From assembly GCA_035911095.1 (NCBI GenBank), contig JAMHWF010000005.1, positions 126,093-190,092 on the forward strand: a DNA stretch of 64,000 nucleotides. Reading direction: 5' to 3'. The translations under genes were made by a program, and so were the position numbers. Each line of letters starts with the position of its first letter. The first letter of the stretch is position 1. This DNA comes from Ideonella sp. Its GTDB lineage: Bacteria; Pseudomonadota; Gammaproteobacteria; Burkholderiales; Burkholderiaceae_C. A model generated the notes under the pieces. It was not told the origin of the DNA and searched no databases. It saw only the letters and a program-made list of their open reading frames with translations. Below, in pieces: positions 1 through 8,605 of this stretch.

Positions 1-1
1 G

Positions 2-1084
2 CGCGAACTGCGGCTGCCGGCGCCGGCGCGCACGCTCGCCGTCTCGGCGCTGGCCGGCGCGCTCTACGTGGCGCGCGCGGGCGAGCCGCGGGTCGACGCG
101 ATCGACCTCGACAGCGGCGTGCTGCGCGCCAGCGCGCCGCTGCTGCGCACCGCCTCGCGCCTGCTCGCGAGCCCGGACGGCCGCTGGCTCTTCGGGATCG
201 CCGACGACGAAGGCGTGGTCTCGGTGATCGACACCGCGACGCACCGGCCGCGCCACGCGCTGCAGATCCACGCCGGCATCGCCGACGCGCGCCTCTCGGC
301 CGGCATGCTCTACCTGCGCGAACGCCGCCGCGCGTTCACGAGCCTGTTGCGGCTCGACTCGCTCGGCGGGCGCGAGCCGCGCGTGATCGCGGTGCCCGCC
401 GGCACGGCCGAGGCGGCGCCGGGCCGGCTCGCGCCGCTGGGCGGCGACGGCATGGCGATGCTCAATGCCGACGAGGGCGTGGCCTACCTCTACATGGAGA
501 GCGGCATGGCCGACGGCCACGGCCCGATGCGTTCGCCGACCGAGATGGTGAATCCCTACGAGGCGGTGCGGCTGCGCGCCGGCCGCGTGGTCGCGATGGA
601 GGTGCACGAGCGCGGCTTCGGCGAGGCGCGGCCGGGCCACTTCGAGGCGACCGCGCGCGTCGCCGATGGCGGGGCCTGGCGCCTGGTCGTGCGGGAGGCG
701 CGCAACGACCTGCTCGCCTGCCTCGACTTCGACGTGGCCGGGCCGCCGCGCGCGCAGGCCGCGCCGGCGGCGGTCGGCTGGCGACTCGTTGCCGCGCAGG
801 CACGGCCGCGCGTCGACGGCGACGGTCCGCCCGCCGTCTGGCCGCTGCGCCTGGTCGACGCGCACGGAGAAGCGCTGGCCGCCGGCCCGGACCGGCTGGC
901 CCTGCTGCTCTACGCCCCCGGCCGCAACTGGCAGCGCCGCGTCGAACTGGCGCGCTCGGCGGATGGCCAATACCGGTTGCCGCGCGCGGGGCTGGCCGGG
1001 CTCGACGGCGAGCGCCTGAATCTGCTGCCGCTCGGCCGCCGCTTCGACGGCGCGCGGCCGCTGACACTGGAGTGGGCGCCGTGA
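2..1084 (+). CDS. Periplasmic beta-propeller-like protein (partial; 5' end lies upstream of the window) with a Met/His-rich Cu(I)-type motif
   Basis: The frame is open from nt 2, with no stop before the GTG at 68 listed in the ORF track. It contains repeated strand-like segments (SPDGRWLFGIADDEGVVSVIDTATH) and the motif YMESGMADGHGPMRSPTEM (about nt 490-549). The stop TGA at 1082-1084 overlaps the next start (GTGA). Confidence 0.55.
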   Translation, partial: RELRLPAPARTLAVSALAGALYVARAGEPRVDAIDLDSGVLRASAPLLRTASRLLASPDGRWLFGIADDEGVVSVIDTATHRPRHALQIHAGIADARLSAGMLYLRERRRAFTSLLRLDSLGGREPRVIAVPAGTAEAAPGRLAPLGGDGMAMLNADEGVAYLYMESGMADGHGPMRSPTEMVNPYEAVRLRAGRVVAMEVHERGFGEARPGHFEATARVADGGAWRLVVREARNDLLACLDFDVAGPPRAQAAPAAVGWRLVAAQARPRVDGDGPPAVWPLRLVDAHGEALAAGPDRLALLLYAPGRNWQRRVELARSADGQYRLPRAGLAGLDGERLNLLPLGRRFDGARPLTLEWAP

Positions 1085-1725
1085 ACGTCTGGCGGCGGCA
1101 GGCCCGCTCGCGGCCGGCTCGCGCCCTTCGCGTCCCCCGCGCCTTGTTCACGCGCCTCGCGGTGCGCCTCGCCTGCTTCGGGCTGGCGCTCCCGTGGCTG
1201 GCAGGCGTCGCGGTCGAGGCGCAGGCCGCCGGGCCGCGGCTCGCGCAGGCCGAACTGGTCGAGCGCAGCGGCCGCGCCCTCGATTTCCCGCGCGAGGTGA
1301 TCGGCCGCCGGGTGGTCGTGATCAGCTTCACCTGGGGCGGCTGCACGACGGTCTGCCCCTTGAGCGACCGCATCATGGAACAGCTGCAGCAAGCGCTCGG
1401 GCCGCGGCTCGGCGCGGTGCGGCTGCTGACGATCACGCTCGATCCGCTCGGCGATTCGCCGGCGCTGCTCGCCGAACGCGCACGGGCACTGGGTGCCGGG
1501 CCGCACTGGTGGTGGCTCGGCGGGGCCTGGCCCGAGGTGCAGGGCGTGCTGGCGGGGCTGGGCGCGCAGGCGGGCGGCGACCTGTCGGCGCACCCGCCGC
1601 TCTTCATCGTCGGCGACGGTGCGAGCGGGCGCTTCCGGCGCGAGCTCGGGCTGCTCGCCGCCGACGAACTGGTCGCCAGGGTCGACGCGCTGCTCGCGGC
1701 GCGCGGACCGGGGCGCGGGCCGTGA
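1081..1725 (+). CDS. SCO1/SenC family copper chaperone (thioredoxin fold)
   Basis: It has the CxxxC motif WGGCTTVCP (TGC at 1342 and 1354) and a downstream conserved His (LSAHPPLFIVGD). The N-terminus is hydrophobic. I prefer the GTG at 1081 (GGAG 9 nt upstream, GTGA overlap with the previous stop) over the GTG at 1072. Confidence 0.8.
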   Translation: MNVWRRQARSRPARALRVPRALFTRLAVRLACFGLALPWLAGVAVEAQAAGPRLAQAELVERSGRALDFPREVIGRRVVVISFTWGGCTTVCPLSDRIMEQLQQALGPRLGAVRLLTITLDPLGDSPALLAERARALGAGPHWWWLGGAWPEVQGVLAGLGAQAGGDLSAHPPLFIVGDGASGRFRRELGLLAADELVARVDALLAARGPGRGP

Positions 1726-3263
1726 GCCGGCGGCCGCCTTCGCGTTGGCGGCGCCTGCGGCGGGCGCTCGCCACGGCCGTCGCCTTCGCCGTGGCGGCGG
1801 TCGCGACCGCCTGGGCGGTCACGATCGCTGCGCCGGCGCGGGCGCAAGGCGTCACCGGCGCGGCGCCGTCTGCCGCCGGGCTCGGCGCGCCGGCCGCTGG
1901 CCGCGCCCTCTACGAGCGAGGCGTCGGCGTCGGCGCCGCCCCGCTGGCCGGCCGCAGCTTCGGCGTCGAGCTCGCGGCTGCGGCGGCGGCCTGCGCCAAC
2001 TGCCATCGCGACCCGCGCCGCGGCGGCGGCGAGAGCGGCATCGCGGCGCCGCCGCTCGCCTGGGCCGCGCTCGCCCAACGCAGCGCGGGGCGCCCGGGCT
2101 ACGACGCCGCCGCCTTCGCGCGCGCGCTGCGCGAAGGCGTCGACCCGGGCGGGCGGGCGCTGCATGCGCTGATGCCGCGCTACCGCATCGGCGAGGCGGA
2201 CCTCGCCGCGCTCGGTGCCTACCTGCGTGCCGCCGATGCGGTACCGGGGGTCGACGCGACGAGCGTCCGCCTGGCGACGCTGCTGCCGGCCGCCGAAGGG
2301 CCGCTGCGCGAGGCGGGGCAGGCTGCCGCCGCGGTGCTCGACGAGGCGGTGCAGGCGCTCAACGCGCAGGGCGGGATCTACGGCCGCCGCTTCGTGCTGG
2401 CGGTCTGGGACCGCCGCGACGGCGAGGCCGGGCTGCACGAGCGCCTCGAACGCGAGCCGCCGCTGGCGTTCATCGGCAGCGTCGGCCTCGACGGGCGCGA
2501 CCCGTTCGACGCCGCGCTGCGCGAGCGGCAGGTGCTCAACCTGGGGCCGCTGGCCGCGGCCGACGGCGAGGCGTCGCATCAGCGCCTCGCGCGCCCCGGC
2601 CTGCGCCACCAGGCGCTGGCACTGGCGCGGCGGGCGCTGGCGGCGCAGGGCTGCCTGGACGTCGATGCGGCCGACGATGCGGTGTCGGCGCAGGTGGCCG
2701 AGCGGCTGTCGCACGAGGTGGCGGCGCTGGCGGGCGCGCGGCAGGGCGCGGTGCGCCGGGTCGGCGCCGGTGGGCCGTTCGGCGCGACCGGCGGTGGCGG
2801 CGAACACGAGGGCGCCGACAGGCGTCGCGACGTGGCAGGCACCGAGGGCAGGGCCGCCGCGGCGGGCGCGCGCGCCTTCCCCACCACACGCGTGGCGGGT
2901 CGGCCGTCCGACGCGGGTCGGGAGCCCACGAACTGCCCGGCGCGCCTGGTCCTCGCCGGTGGCGAGGCGGCTGCCCAGCGCGTCGCCCAGGCGCGCCGCG
3001 AAGGCGTGCGAGAGGTCTACTTGTCGGCCGAGCAGGCCGGCGCGGCGAGCGCCTCCGGGTCGGGCGCCGTCGTCGCGGCTTTCGGCGGCGAGGGCTCGCT
3101 CGCCGCGCAGGCGCGGCTCAATGCCCGCGCCGCCATGCAGGCGCTGCAGGCGGCATTGGAGGCGGCGGGGCGCCAGGTCGCTCCCGAGGCACTGCTGCAG
3201 GCCTGGCCGGTGAGCGACGAGGTGCTGGAGCGCCGGGTGGTGCTGCGCGACTCCGGCCGCTGA
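1722..3263 (+). CDS. Fusion protein: N-terminal mono-haem cytochrome c domain plus LivK-like periplasmic binding domain (Peripla_BP_6-like)
   Basis: GTG 1722 overlaps the SCO1 stop (GTGA). The N-terminus looks like a signal peptide (RRALATAVAFAVAAVATAWAVTIAAPARAQG). The haem motif CANCH lies at nt 1992-2006, with a distal Met in LMPRY. A LivK-like stretch follows (VRLATLLPAAEGPLREAGQAAAAVLDEAVQALNAQGGIYGRRFVLAVWD). The longer ORF-track start at 1194 runs through the SCO1 gene in another frame and was rejected. Confidence 0.7.
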   Translation: MSRRPPSRWRRLRRALATAVAFAVAAVATAWAVTIAAPARAQGVTGAAPSAAGLGAPAAGRALYERGVGVGAAPLAGRSFGVELAAAAAACANCHRDPRRGGGESGIAAPPLAWAALAQRSAGRPGYDAAAFARALREGVDPGGRALHALMPRYRIGEADLAALGAYLRAADAVPGVDATSVRLATLLPAAEGPLREAGQAAAAVLDEAVQALNAQGGIYGRRFVLAVWDRRDGEAGLHERLEREPPLAFIGSVGLDGRDPFDAALRERQVLNLGPLAAADGEASHQRLARPGLRHQALALARRALAAQGCLDVDAADDAVSAQVAERLSHEVAALAGARQGAVRRVGAGGPFGATGGGGEHEGADRRRDVAGTEGRAAAAGARAFPTTRVAGRPSDAGREPTNCPARLVLAGGEAAAQRVAQARREGVREVYLSAEQAGAASASGSGAVVAAFGGEGSLAAQARLNARAAMQALQAALEAAGRQVAPEALLQAWPVSDEVLERRVVLRDSGR

Positions 3264-3403
3264 CGATCGCTGGTCGCTCCTCGGCCTGCGCCGCTTCGCG
3301 GGCCCGGGCCACGACGCCCAGCTGCTGAACTTTCAGCGCTCTTTTCTTCGGTACCGCAGTGGCGCGAGCCCGTCGCCTGGTCGGCGGCCCGACTTCCTGA
3401 AGC

Positions 3404-5071
3404 TCACCCCTCGCGTCGCAACGCCCGCGACAGCAGGATCACCGGCAGCAGTCCCACCAGCACGATCGCCAGCGAGGGCAGTGCGGCCTCGCCCAGGCGC
3501 TCGTCGCGTGCGAACTGGTAGGCGACGACGGCCAGCGTGTCGCTGTTGAAGGGGCGCAGCACCAGGGTGGCGGGCAGCTCCTTCATCACGTCGACGAAGA
3601 CGAGCAGCAGCGCCGCCAGCACCGAGCGGCGCAGCAGCGGCAGGTGGAGCCGGAAGAAGAGGCGCCGCTGCGGCGTGCCGAGCATGCGCGCCGTCTCGTC
3701 GACGCTGGCCGGCACGCGCGCGTAGCCGGATTCGACCGATTGCAGCGCCACCGCCGAGAAGCGCACCAGGTACGCGTAGAGCAGGCCGAACACGGTGCCG
3801 GTGATCAAGGCGGTGCTGCCGCCTTCCGGCCAGGCCTGCTGCAGCCAGCCGAGCGGCAGCAGCAGGCCGATCGCGATCACCGCGCCCGGCACCGCATAGC
3901 CGAGCGAGACGACCCGCGCGGCCGCGCGCAGCGAACGGGTGCCCGGCGCGCCGGCCGGCTGGCGCAGCGCGAAGCCGAGCGCGAGCGCGAACAGCGCCGC
4001 CAGCAGCGCGGCGCCGCCGGCGAGCTTGAAGCTGGTCCAGGCCCAGCCGGCGAAGCGCGCGAGCGGCAGCTCGTGCCCGTGCGCCGCGACCTCGCCCCAG
4101 AACAGCTTGACCAGCACCGCCACCGGCAGCACGAAGCCGAGCAGCACCGGCAGCAGGCAGAACAGCCACGCGGCCAGCGCGCGGCCGCCGGCGAGGCGCA
4201 GCGCGTGGGCGTCGGTGCCGCTGGTGCTGCCGGCGCGCAGGCTGGCAAAGCGCAGCCGGCGCCGCGCGCGCGACTCGAGCCAGAGCAGCGCGGCGACCAG
4301 CGCCAGCAGCATCGAGGCGAGCTGGGCCGCGGCCATGCCGTCGTACATCACCAGCCAGGCGCGGTAGATGCCGGTGGTGAAGGTGGTCAGGCCGAAGTAC
4401 GAGACCGCGCCGTAGTCGGCCAGCGTCTCCATCAGCGCCAGCGCGACGCCGGCGGCGATCGCCGGGCGCGCCAGCGGCAGCGCCACCTCGCGCACGCGGC
4501 GCAGCGTGCCGGCGCCGAGCAGGCGTGCCGCCTCCATCAGCGGCGCCGCGCGCTCGGCCAGCGCGGTGCGGGTCAGCAGGTAGACATAGGGGTAGAGGCA
4601 GAGCACCAGCAGCGCCACCGCGCCCCAGAGGCTGCGCACGTCGGGCCAGAGCGCGCCCTCGGCGCCGGTCACGGCGCGCAGCCAGACCTGCAGCGGCCCG
4701 CTGTACTGCAGGAAATCGGTGTAGGCGTAGGCGAGCACGTAAGCCGGCATCGCCAGCGGCAGCAGCAGCGCCCACTCGAAGACACGCCGGCCCGGGAACT
4801 CGAACAGCGTGACCGCCGCCGCGGTCAGCCCGCCAAGCAGCGCGACGCCGATACCGACACAGACGACGAGGACGAGCGAGGTCACCGCGTAGCCGGGCAG
4901 CACCGTGTGCCACTGGTGCGAGAGCACCGCGAGCGCCGAGGCGTCGAGTGCGAACCAGGAGCCGAGCACCGCGAGCACGGGCACGGCGAGCAGCAGGGCG
5001 ATCGGGATCAGCAGGCGCAGCATGGGCGAGGGTGGTGGCGCAAGCGCCGGACTAATGCGAACCATCCTCAT
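3404..5071 (-). CDS. Fe(3+) ABC transporter permease (FbpB/HitB-like, duplicated 6-TM permease)
   Basis: This is a long polytopic protein with two ABC permease EAA-type segments (EAARLLGAGTLRRVREVALPLARPAI and ETARMLGTPQRRLFFRLHLPLL). The start is uncertain: in-frame ATGs occur at 5071, 5065 and 5023, none with a clear SD. Confidence 0.85.
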   Translation of the reverse strand: MRMVRISPALAPPPSPMLRLLIPIALLLAVPVLAVLGSWFALDASALAVLSHQWHTVLPGYAVTSLVLVVCVGIGVALLGGLTAAAVTLFEFPGRRVFEWALLLPLAMPAYVLAYAYTDFLQYSGPLQVWLRAVTGAEGALWPDVRSLWGAVALLVLCLYPYVYLLTRTALAERAAPLMEAARLLGAGTLRRVREVALPLARPAIAAGVALALMETLADYGAVSYFGLTTFTTGIYRAWLVMYDGMAAAQLASMLLALVAALLWLESRARRRLRFASLRAGSTSGTDAHALRLAGGRALAAWLFCLLPVLLGFVLPVAVLVKLFWGEVAAHGHELPLARFAGWAWTSFKLAGGAALLAALFALALGFALRQPAGAPGTRSLRAAARVVSLGYAVPGAVIAIGLLLPLGWLQQAWPEGGSTALITGTVFGLLYAYLVRFSAVALQSVESGYARVPASVDETARMLGTPQRRLFFRLHLPLLRRSVLAALLLVFVDVMKELPATLVLRPFNSDTLAVVAYQFARDERLGEAALPSLAIVLVGLLPVILLSRALRREG

Positions 5072-5097
5072 TCAGGCTGGCCCGATATGATAGGTCG

Positions 5098-6183
5098 ATG
5101 TTTTTGCAGCTTGAGCAGGTGGGGGTCCGCTACGGTGGCGCACGCGGGGGTCACGCGGCGGTCGAGGACGTGTCGTTCGGCCTCGCTGCCGGCCAGATCG
5201 GCGTCCTGATCGGCCCCTCGGGCTGCGGCAAGACCTCGGTGCTGCGCGCGATCGCCGGCCTGGAGCGGCCGAGCGGCGGCCGCATCGAGCTCGACGGGCA
5301 GCGCCTGTCGGATGCCGCCACCGCGAGCCACCTGCCGGCCGAGGCGCGGCGCATCGGCATGGTGTTCCAGGACTACGCGCTGTTTCCGCACCTGAGCGTC
5401 GGCCACAACGTCGACTTCGGCATCCGCCACCTGCCGAAGCCCGAGCGCGAGGCGCGCACGCGCGAGATGCTCGAACTCGTCGGCCTGGCGCACGCCGCGG
5501 CGCGCGCGCCGCACGAGCTGTCCGGTGGCCAGCAGCAGCGCATCGCGCTGGCGCGGGCGCTCGCGCCGCAACCGCGCCTGCTGCTGCTCGACGAGCCGTT
5601 CTCGAGCCTCGACGTCGACCTGCGCGAGCGCCTCGCCTTCGAGCTGCGCGCGATCCTGAAGCAGACCGGCACCACCGCGCTCTTCGTCACCCACGACCAG
5701 CTCGAGGCCTTCGCGATCGGCGACGTGGTCGGCGTGATGCAGGGCGGGCACCTCGAGCAGTGGGACGTGCCCTATGCGCTCTACCACCGGCCGGCCTCGC
5801 GCTTCGTCGCCGACTTCATCGGGCATGGTGTGTTCGCGCCGGCGCAGCTCGTCGCGACGCCCGAGGGGCCGGTGCTGCGCACCCCGCTCGGCGACCTGCC
5901 CCAGAACGGCACGCCGGCGCCGAGCTATCCCGACGGCGCCTGCGACGTGCTGCTGCGTGCCGACGACGTGACGCACGACGACCTTGCGGCGGTACAGGCG
6001 CGCATCGAGACCAAGGCCTTCCGCGGCAACGAGTTTCTCTACGGGCTGCGCCTGAAGAGCGGCGAGCGGGTGCTCGCCCATGTGCCGAGCCACCACGACC
6101 ACCAGATCGGCGAGTGGATCGGCATCCGGCCCGACGTGCGCCACATCGTGACCTTCCCGCGCGAGACGCCAGCGGGCGGCTGA
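5098..6183 (+). CDS. ABC transporter ATP-binding protein (FbpC/PotA-like, Fe(3+) import)
   Basis: It carries Walker A (GPSGCGKTS), the ABC signature (LSGGQQQRIALARAL) and Walker B (LLLLDEPFSSLD), plus a C-terminal TOBE-like extension. Confidence 0.9.
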   Translation: MFLQLEQVGVRYGGARGGHAAVEDVSFGLAAGQIGVLIGPSGCGKTSVLRAIAGLERPSGGRIELDGQRLSDAATASHLPAEARRIGMVFQDYALFPHLSVGHNVDFGIRHLPKPEREARTREMLELVGLAHAAARAPHELSGGQQQRIALARALAPQPRLLLLDEPFSSLDVDLRERLAFELRAILKQTGTTALFVTHDQLEAFAIGDVVGVMQGGHLEQWDVPYALYHRPASRFVADFIGHGVFAPAQLVATPEGPVLRTPLGDLPQNGTPAPSYPDGACDVLLRADDVTHDDLAAVQARIETKAFRGNEFLYGLRLKSGERVLAHVPSHHDHQIGEWIGIRPDVRHIVTFPRETPAGG

Positions 6184-6233
6184 GCGCCGGCGCCGCCGGC
6201 GGGCAGGGGCGATGCCCCGCCCGGGCGGCCGGC

Positions 6234-7283
6234 TTACTTGTAGCCGGCGCGGTCCAGCATCTGCTGCACCTTCACCTGGTGGCCGCCGACGCTGGAGATC
6301 GGGATCGTCTCCATCTTGAAGCTGCCCATCGCGGCGAGCGCCGGGTTGTCGGTCTTGACCGACTGCACCGCCGGCCACTCGTTGTTGCCGTTGGCGAAGT
6401 AGGCCTGGGCCGAGTCGCTCGCCAGGTACTCGAGGAAGCGCACCGCCGCGTCGCGGTGCTTGGCGTGGCGCGCCATGCCGGCGCCGGCGATGTTGACGTG
6501 GGTGCCCCAGCTCTGCTGGTTCGGGAACACGTACGCGACCTTGTCGACCACGGCCTTGTCTTCCGGCTTCTCGGAGCGCATCAGGCGCGCGAGGTAGTAG
6601 GAGTTGGTGATCGCGATCTGGCACTCGCCGCTGGCCACCGCCTTGATCTGGTCGGTATCGCCGCCCTTGGGCTCGCGCGCGAGGTTGTCCTTCAGGCCCT
6701 TGAGCCAGGCCTCGGCCTTGGCCTCGCCCAGGTGCTCGGAGATCGCGCCGAAGAGCGAAAGGTTGTACGGGTGCGAGCCCGAGCGGGTGCAGAGCTTGCC
6801 CTTGTTCTTCGGGTCGGCGAGTTCCTCGTAGGTGTCGACGTCGTCCTTCTGCACCTTGGTCTTGTCGTAGACGACGATGCGCGCGCGCGTCGAGTAGCCG
6901 AACCAGGCCGAGCCTTCGCCGCTGTCCTTGCCGCGCAGCGAGGGCGGGATGCGCTCGTCGAGGACCTTCGAGCTGACCGGGGCGAAGAGGCCTTCCGACT
7001 CTGCCTTCCAGAGGCGCGCCGCGTCGACCAGCAGCACGACGTCGGCCGGGCTCGAGGTGCCCTCGCTCTTCAGGCGCGCCAGGATCGAGGCGTCGTCGCC
7101 GTCGACCCGGTTGATCTTGATGCCGGTCGCCTGCGTGAAGTCCGAGTAGAGCTTCTCGTCGGTCTGGTAGTGGCGGGCGCTGTACAGGTTCAGCACCTGC
7201 TCCTGGGCGCCGGCGCTGGCCGCGAGCGTGGCCAGGGCGGCGGCGACGACGGCGCTGCGTCGGAAGAGGCTGGGGATGGGCAT
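6234..7283 (-). CDS. Fe(3+) ABC transporter substrate-binding protein (FutA/IdiA/FbpA type)
   Basis: It has a signal peptide (AVVAAALATLAASAGAQ) and the hallmark LNLYSARHYQTDEKLY, and continues NSYYLARL...NGNNEWP. A strong SD (GAGGAG) precedes the ATG at 7283. Confidence 0.9.
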   Translation of the reverse strand: MPIPSLFRRSAVVAAALATLAASAGAQEQVLNLYSARHYQTDEKLYSDFTQATGIKINRVDGDDASILARLKSEGTSSPADVVLLVDAARLWKAESEGLFAPVSSKVLDERIPPSLRGKDSGEGSAWFGYSTRARIVVYDKTKVQKDDVDTYEELADPKNKGKLCTRSGSHPYNLSLFGAISEHLGEAKAEAWLKGLKDNLAREPKGGDTDQIKAVASGECQIAITNSYYLARLMRSEKPEDKAVVDKVAYVFPNQQSWGTHVNIAGAGMARHAKHRDAAVRFLEYLASDSAQAYFANGNNEWPAVQSVKTDNPALAAMGSFKMETIPISSVGGHQVKVQQMLDRAGYK

Positions 7284-7417
7284 CGAGAACTCCTCGTGTC
7301 GGTGTGGGGCCGGTCTTGGAGTCTAACAACACGAATAGTTCTCACTGCTTGGGTCTGAGTGGGGCGAATCAGTGTTCGCAAGGGGCAGGCGGGGAGCGCC
7401 TGCTAACCTCGCGGCCG

Positions 7418-8518
7418 ATGCCCGCCGACCTCCTGCTCAAGCTGCTCGGCATCTTCGCGGTCGTCGGCTTCGGCTGGGCCGTCGGTCGCGCCGGCTGGAT
7501 CGATGCCGGCAGCGCGCCCGGCGCCGCGCGCGCCAGCGTCGCGCGGGTGCTCGCGAGTGCCGCCTTCGTGCTGTTCATGCCGGCGCTGCTGTTTCGCACC
7601 ACGGCGCGGATCGACATCGCCGCGCTGCCCTGGCGCGTGCTGGCGGTGTTCTTCGTGCCGCTGCTGGGTGTGATGCTCGGGGTCTACCTGTGGCAGCGGC
7701 GCCGGCTGCGCCGCGCCGGGGACGCTGCCGGCGCCGCCGGCCCGGCCGCAGCGGCGGGCGGGGCCGGGCCGGGGGGCGCGGTGCCGAACGACGGCCTGGG
7801 GGACGACGACCCGGCCGCGGTGCCTGCCGTGCGGGCGATGAGCGTCGGCTTCGGCAACACGGTGCAGCTCGGCATCCCGGTCGCCGCCGCGCTGTTCGGC
7901 GAGGCGGGCCTGGCGGTGCACCTGGCGATCGTCAGCCTGCACTCGCTGGTCATCCTGACGCTGATGACGGCGCTGGTCGAAGCCGACCTGGCCCATGCGC
8001 ACGCGCGGCGCGGCGGCACCTCGGCCGCCCTCGGCGCGCTGCTGTTCGCCACCGCGCGCCGCACCGTGATCCACCCGGTGGTGCTGCCGGTGGTGGCCGG
8101 CCTGGCCTGGAACCTGACCGGCTGGCCGCTGCCTTCCACGGTCGACGAGGCGCTGGCGCTGCTGGCCCAGGCGGCGGTGCCGCTGTGCCTGGTGATCATC
8201 GGCCTGTCGTTCGCCGAGGAAGGGCTGGCGGGCCTGCGCGCGGCGGCGCGGCCGGCCGTAGGGATCACGCTGGCGAAGCTGCTCGGGCTGCCGCTGATCG
8301 TGCTCGGCGCCTCCTGGCTGGCGCGGCTCGACCTGCCGACGACGGCGGTGCTGGTGATGTGCGCGGCGCTGCCGACCGGCTCGAACGCGCTGATCTTCGC
8401 CCAGCGCTACCGCGCGCTGGGGGGCGAGGTGTCGGTGGCGACCGTGCTCTCGACGCTGGCCTATGCGGTGACCGCGCCGCTCTGGTTGCTGCTGCTCGGG
8501 GCGCTCGGCAGCGGCTGA
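7418..8518 (+). CDS. AEC (auxin efflux carrier) family transporter
   Basis: It is polytopic, with two 5-TM halves separated by a Gly/Ala/Pro-rich cytoplasmic loop. The N-terminus MPADLLLKLLGIFAVVGFGW is typical of the family. I chose the ATG at 7418 rather than the ORF-track GTG at 7304. Confidence 0.8.
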   Translation: MPADLLLKLLGIFAVVGFGWAVGRAGWIDAGSAPGAARASVARVLASAAFVLFMPALLFRTTARIDIAALPWRVLAVFFVPLLGVMLGVYLWQRRRLRRAGDAAGAAGPAAAAGGAGPGGAVPNDGLGDDDPAAVPAVRAMSVGFGNTVQLGIPVAAALFGEAGLAVHLAIVSLHSLVILTLMTALVEADLAHAHARRGGTSAALGALLFATARRTVIHPVVLPVVAGLAWNLTGWPLPSTVDEALALLAQAAVPLCLVIIGLSFAEEGLAGLRAAARPAVGITLAKLLGLPLIVLGASWLARLDLPTTAVLVMCAALPTGSNALIFAQRYRALGGEVSVATVLSTLAYAVTAPLWLLLLGALGSG

Positions 8519-8605
8519 CGCGGCTCGCCGCGCCCGCGGGGCCCTGGCGCGCGGCTTGTCCCCGCGCCGGACGGCCGCGGCCGGGTTTGCGACAATCGCG
8601 GCCCC

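Noticed and set aside
1194-3263. The longest-ORF starts suggested by the track for several genes: 1194 for the cytochrome fusion, 13769 for folE, 28199 for the hydrolase, 28603 for PepSY, 35241 for the GGDEF-EAL gene and 39011 for DUF1840.
   Set aside because: These extensions overlap the preceding real gene in another frame and add Arg/Pro-rich non-homologous sequence. Internal starts with an SD or start/stop overlaps give products of family-typical length.
7325-7350. Possible Fur box (GAATAGTTCTCA region) upstream of the Fe(3+) binding-protein gene.
   Set aside because: By hand alignment only about 8 of 13 positions match the GATAATGATAATCATTATC consensus, which is too weak to call. It would need a position-weight-matrix scan and conservation in orthologous promoters.
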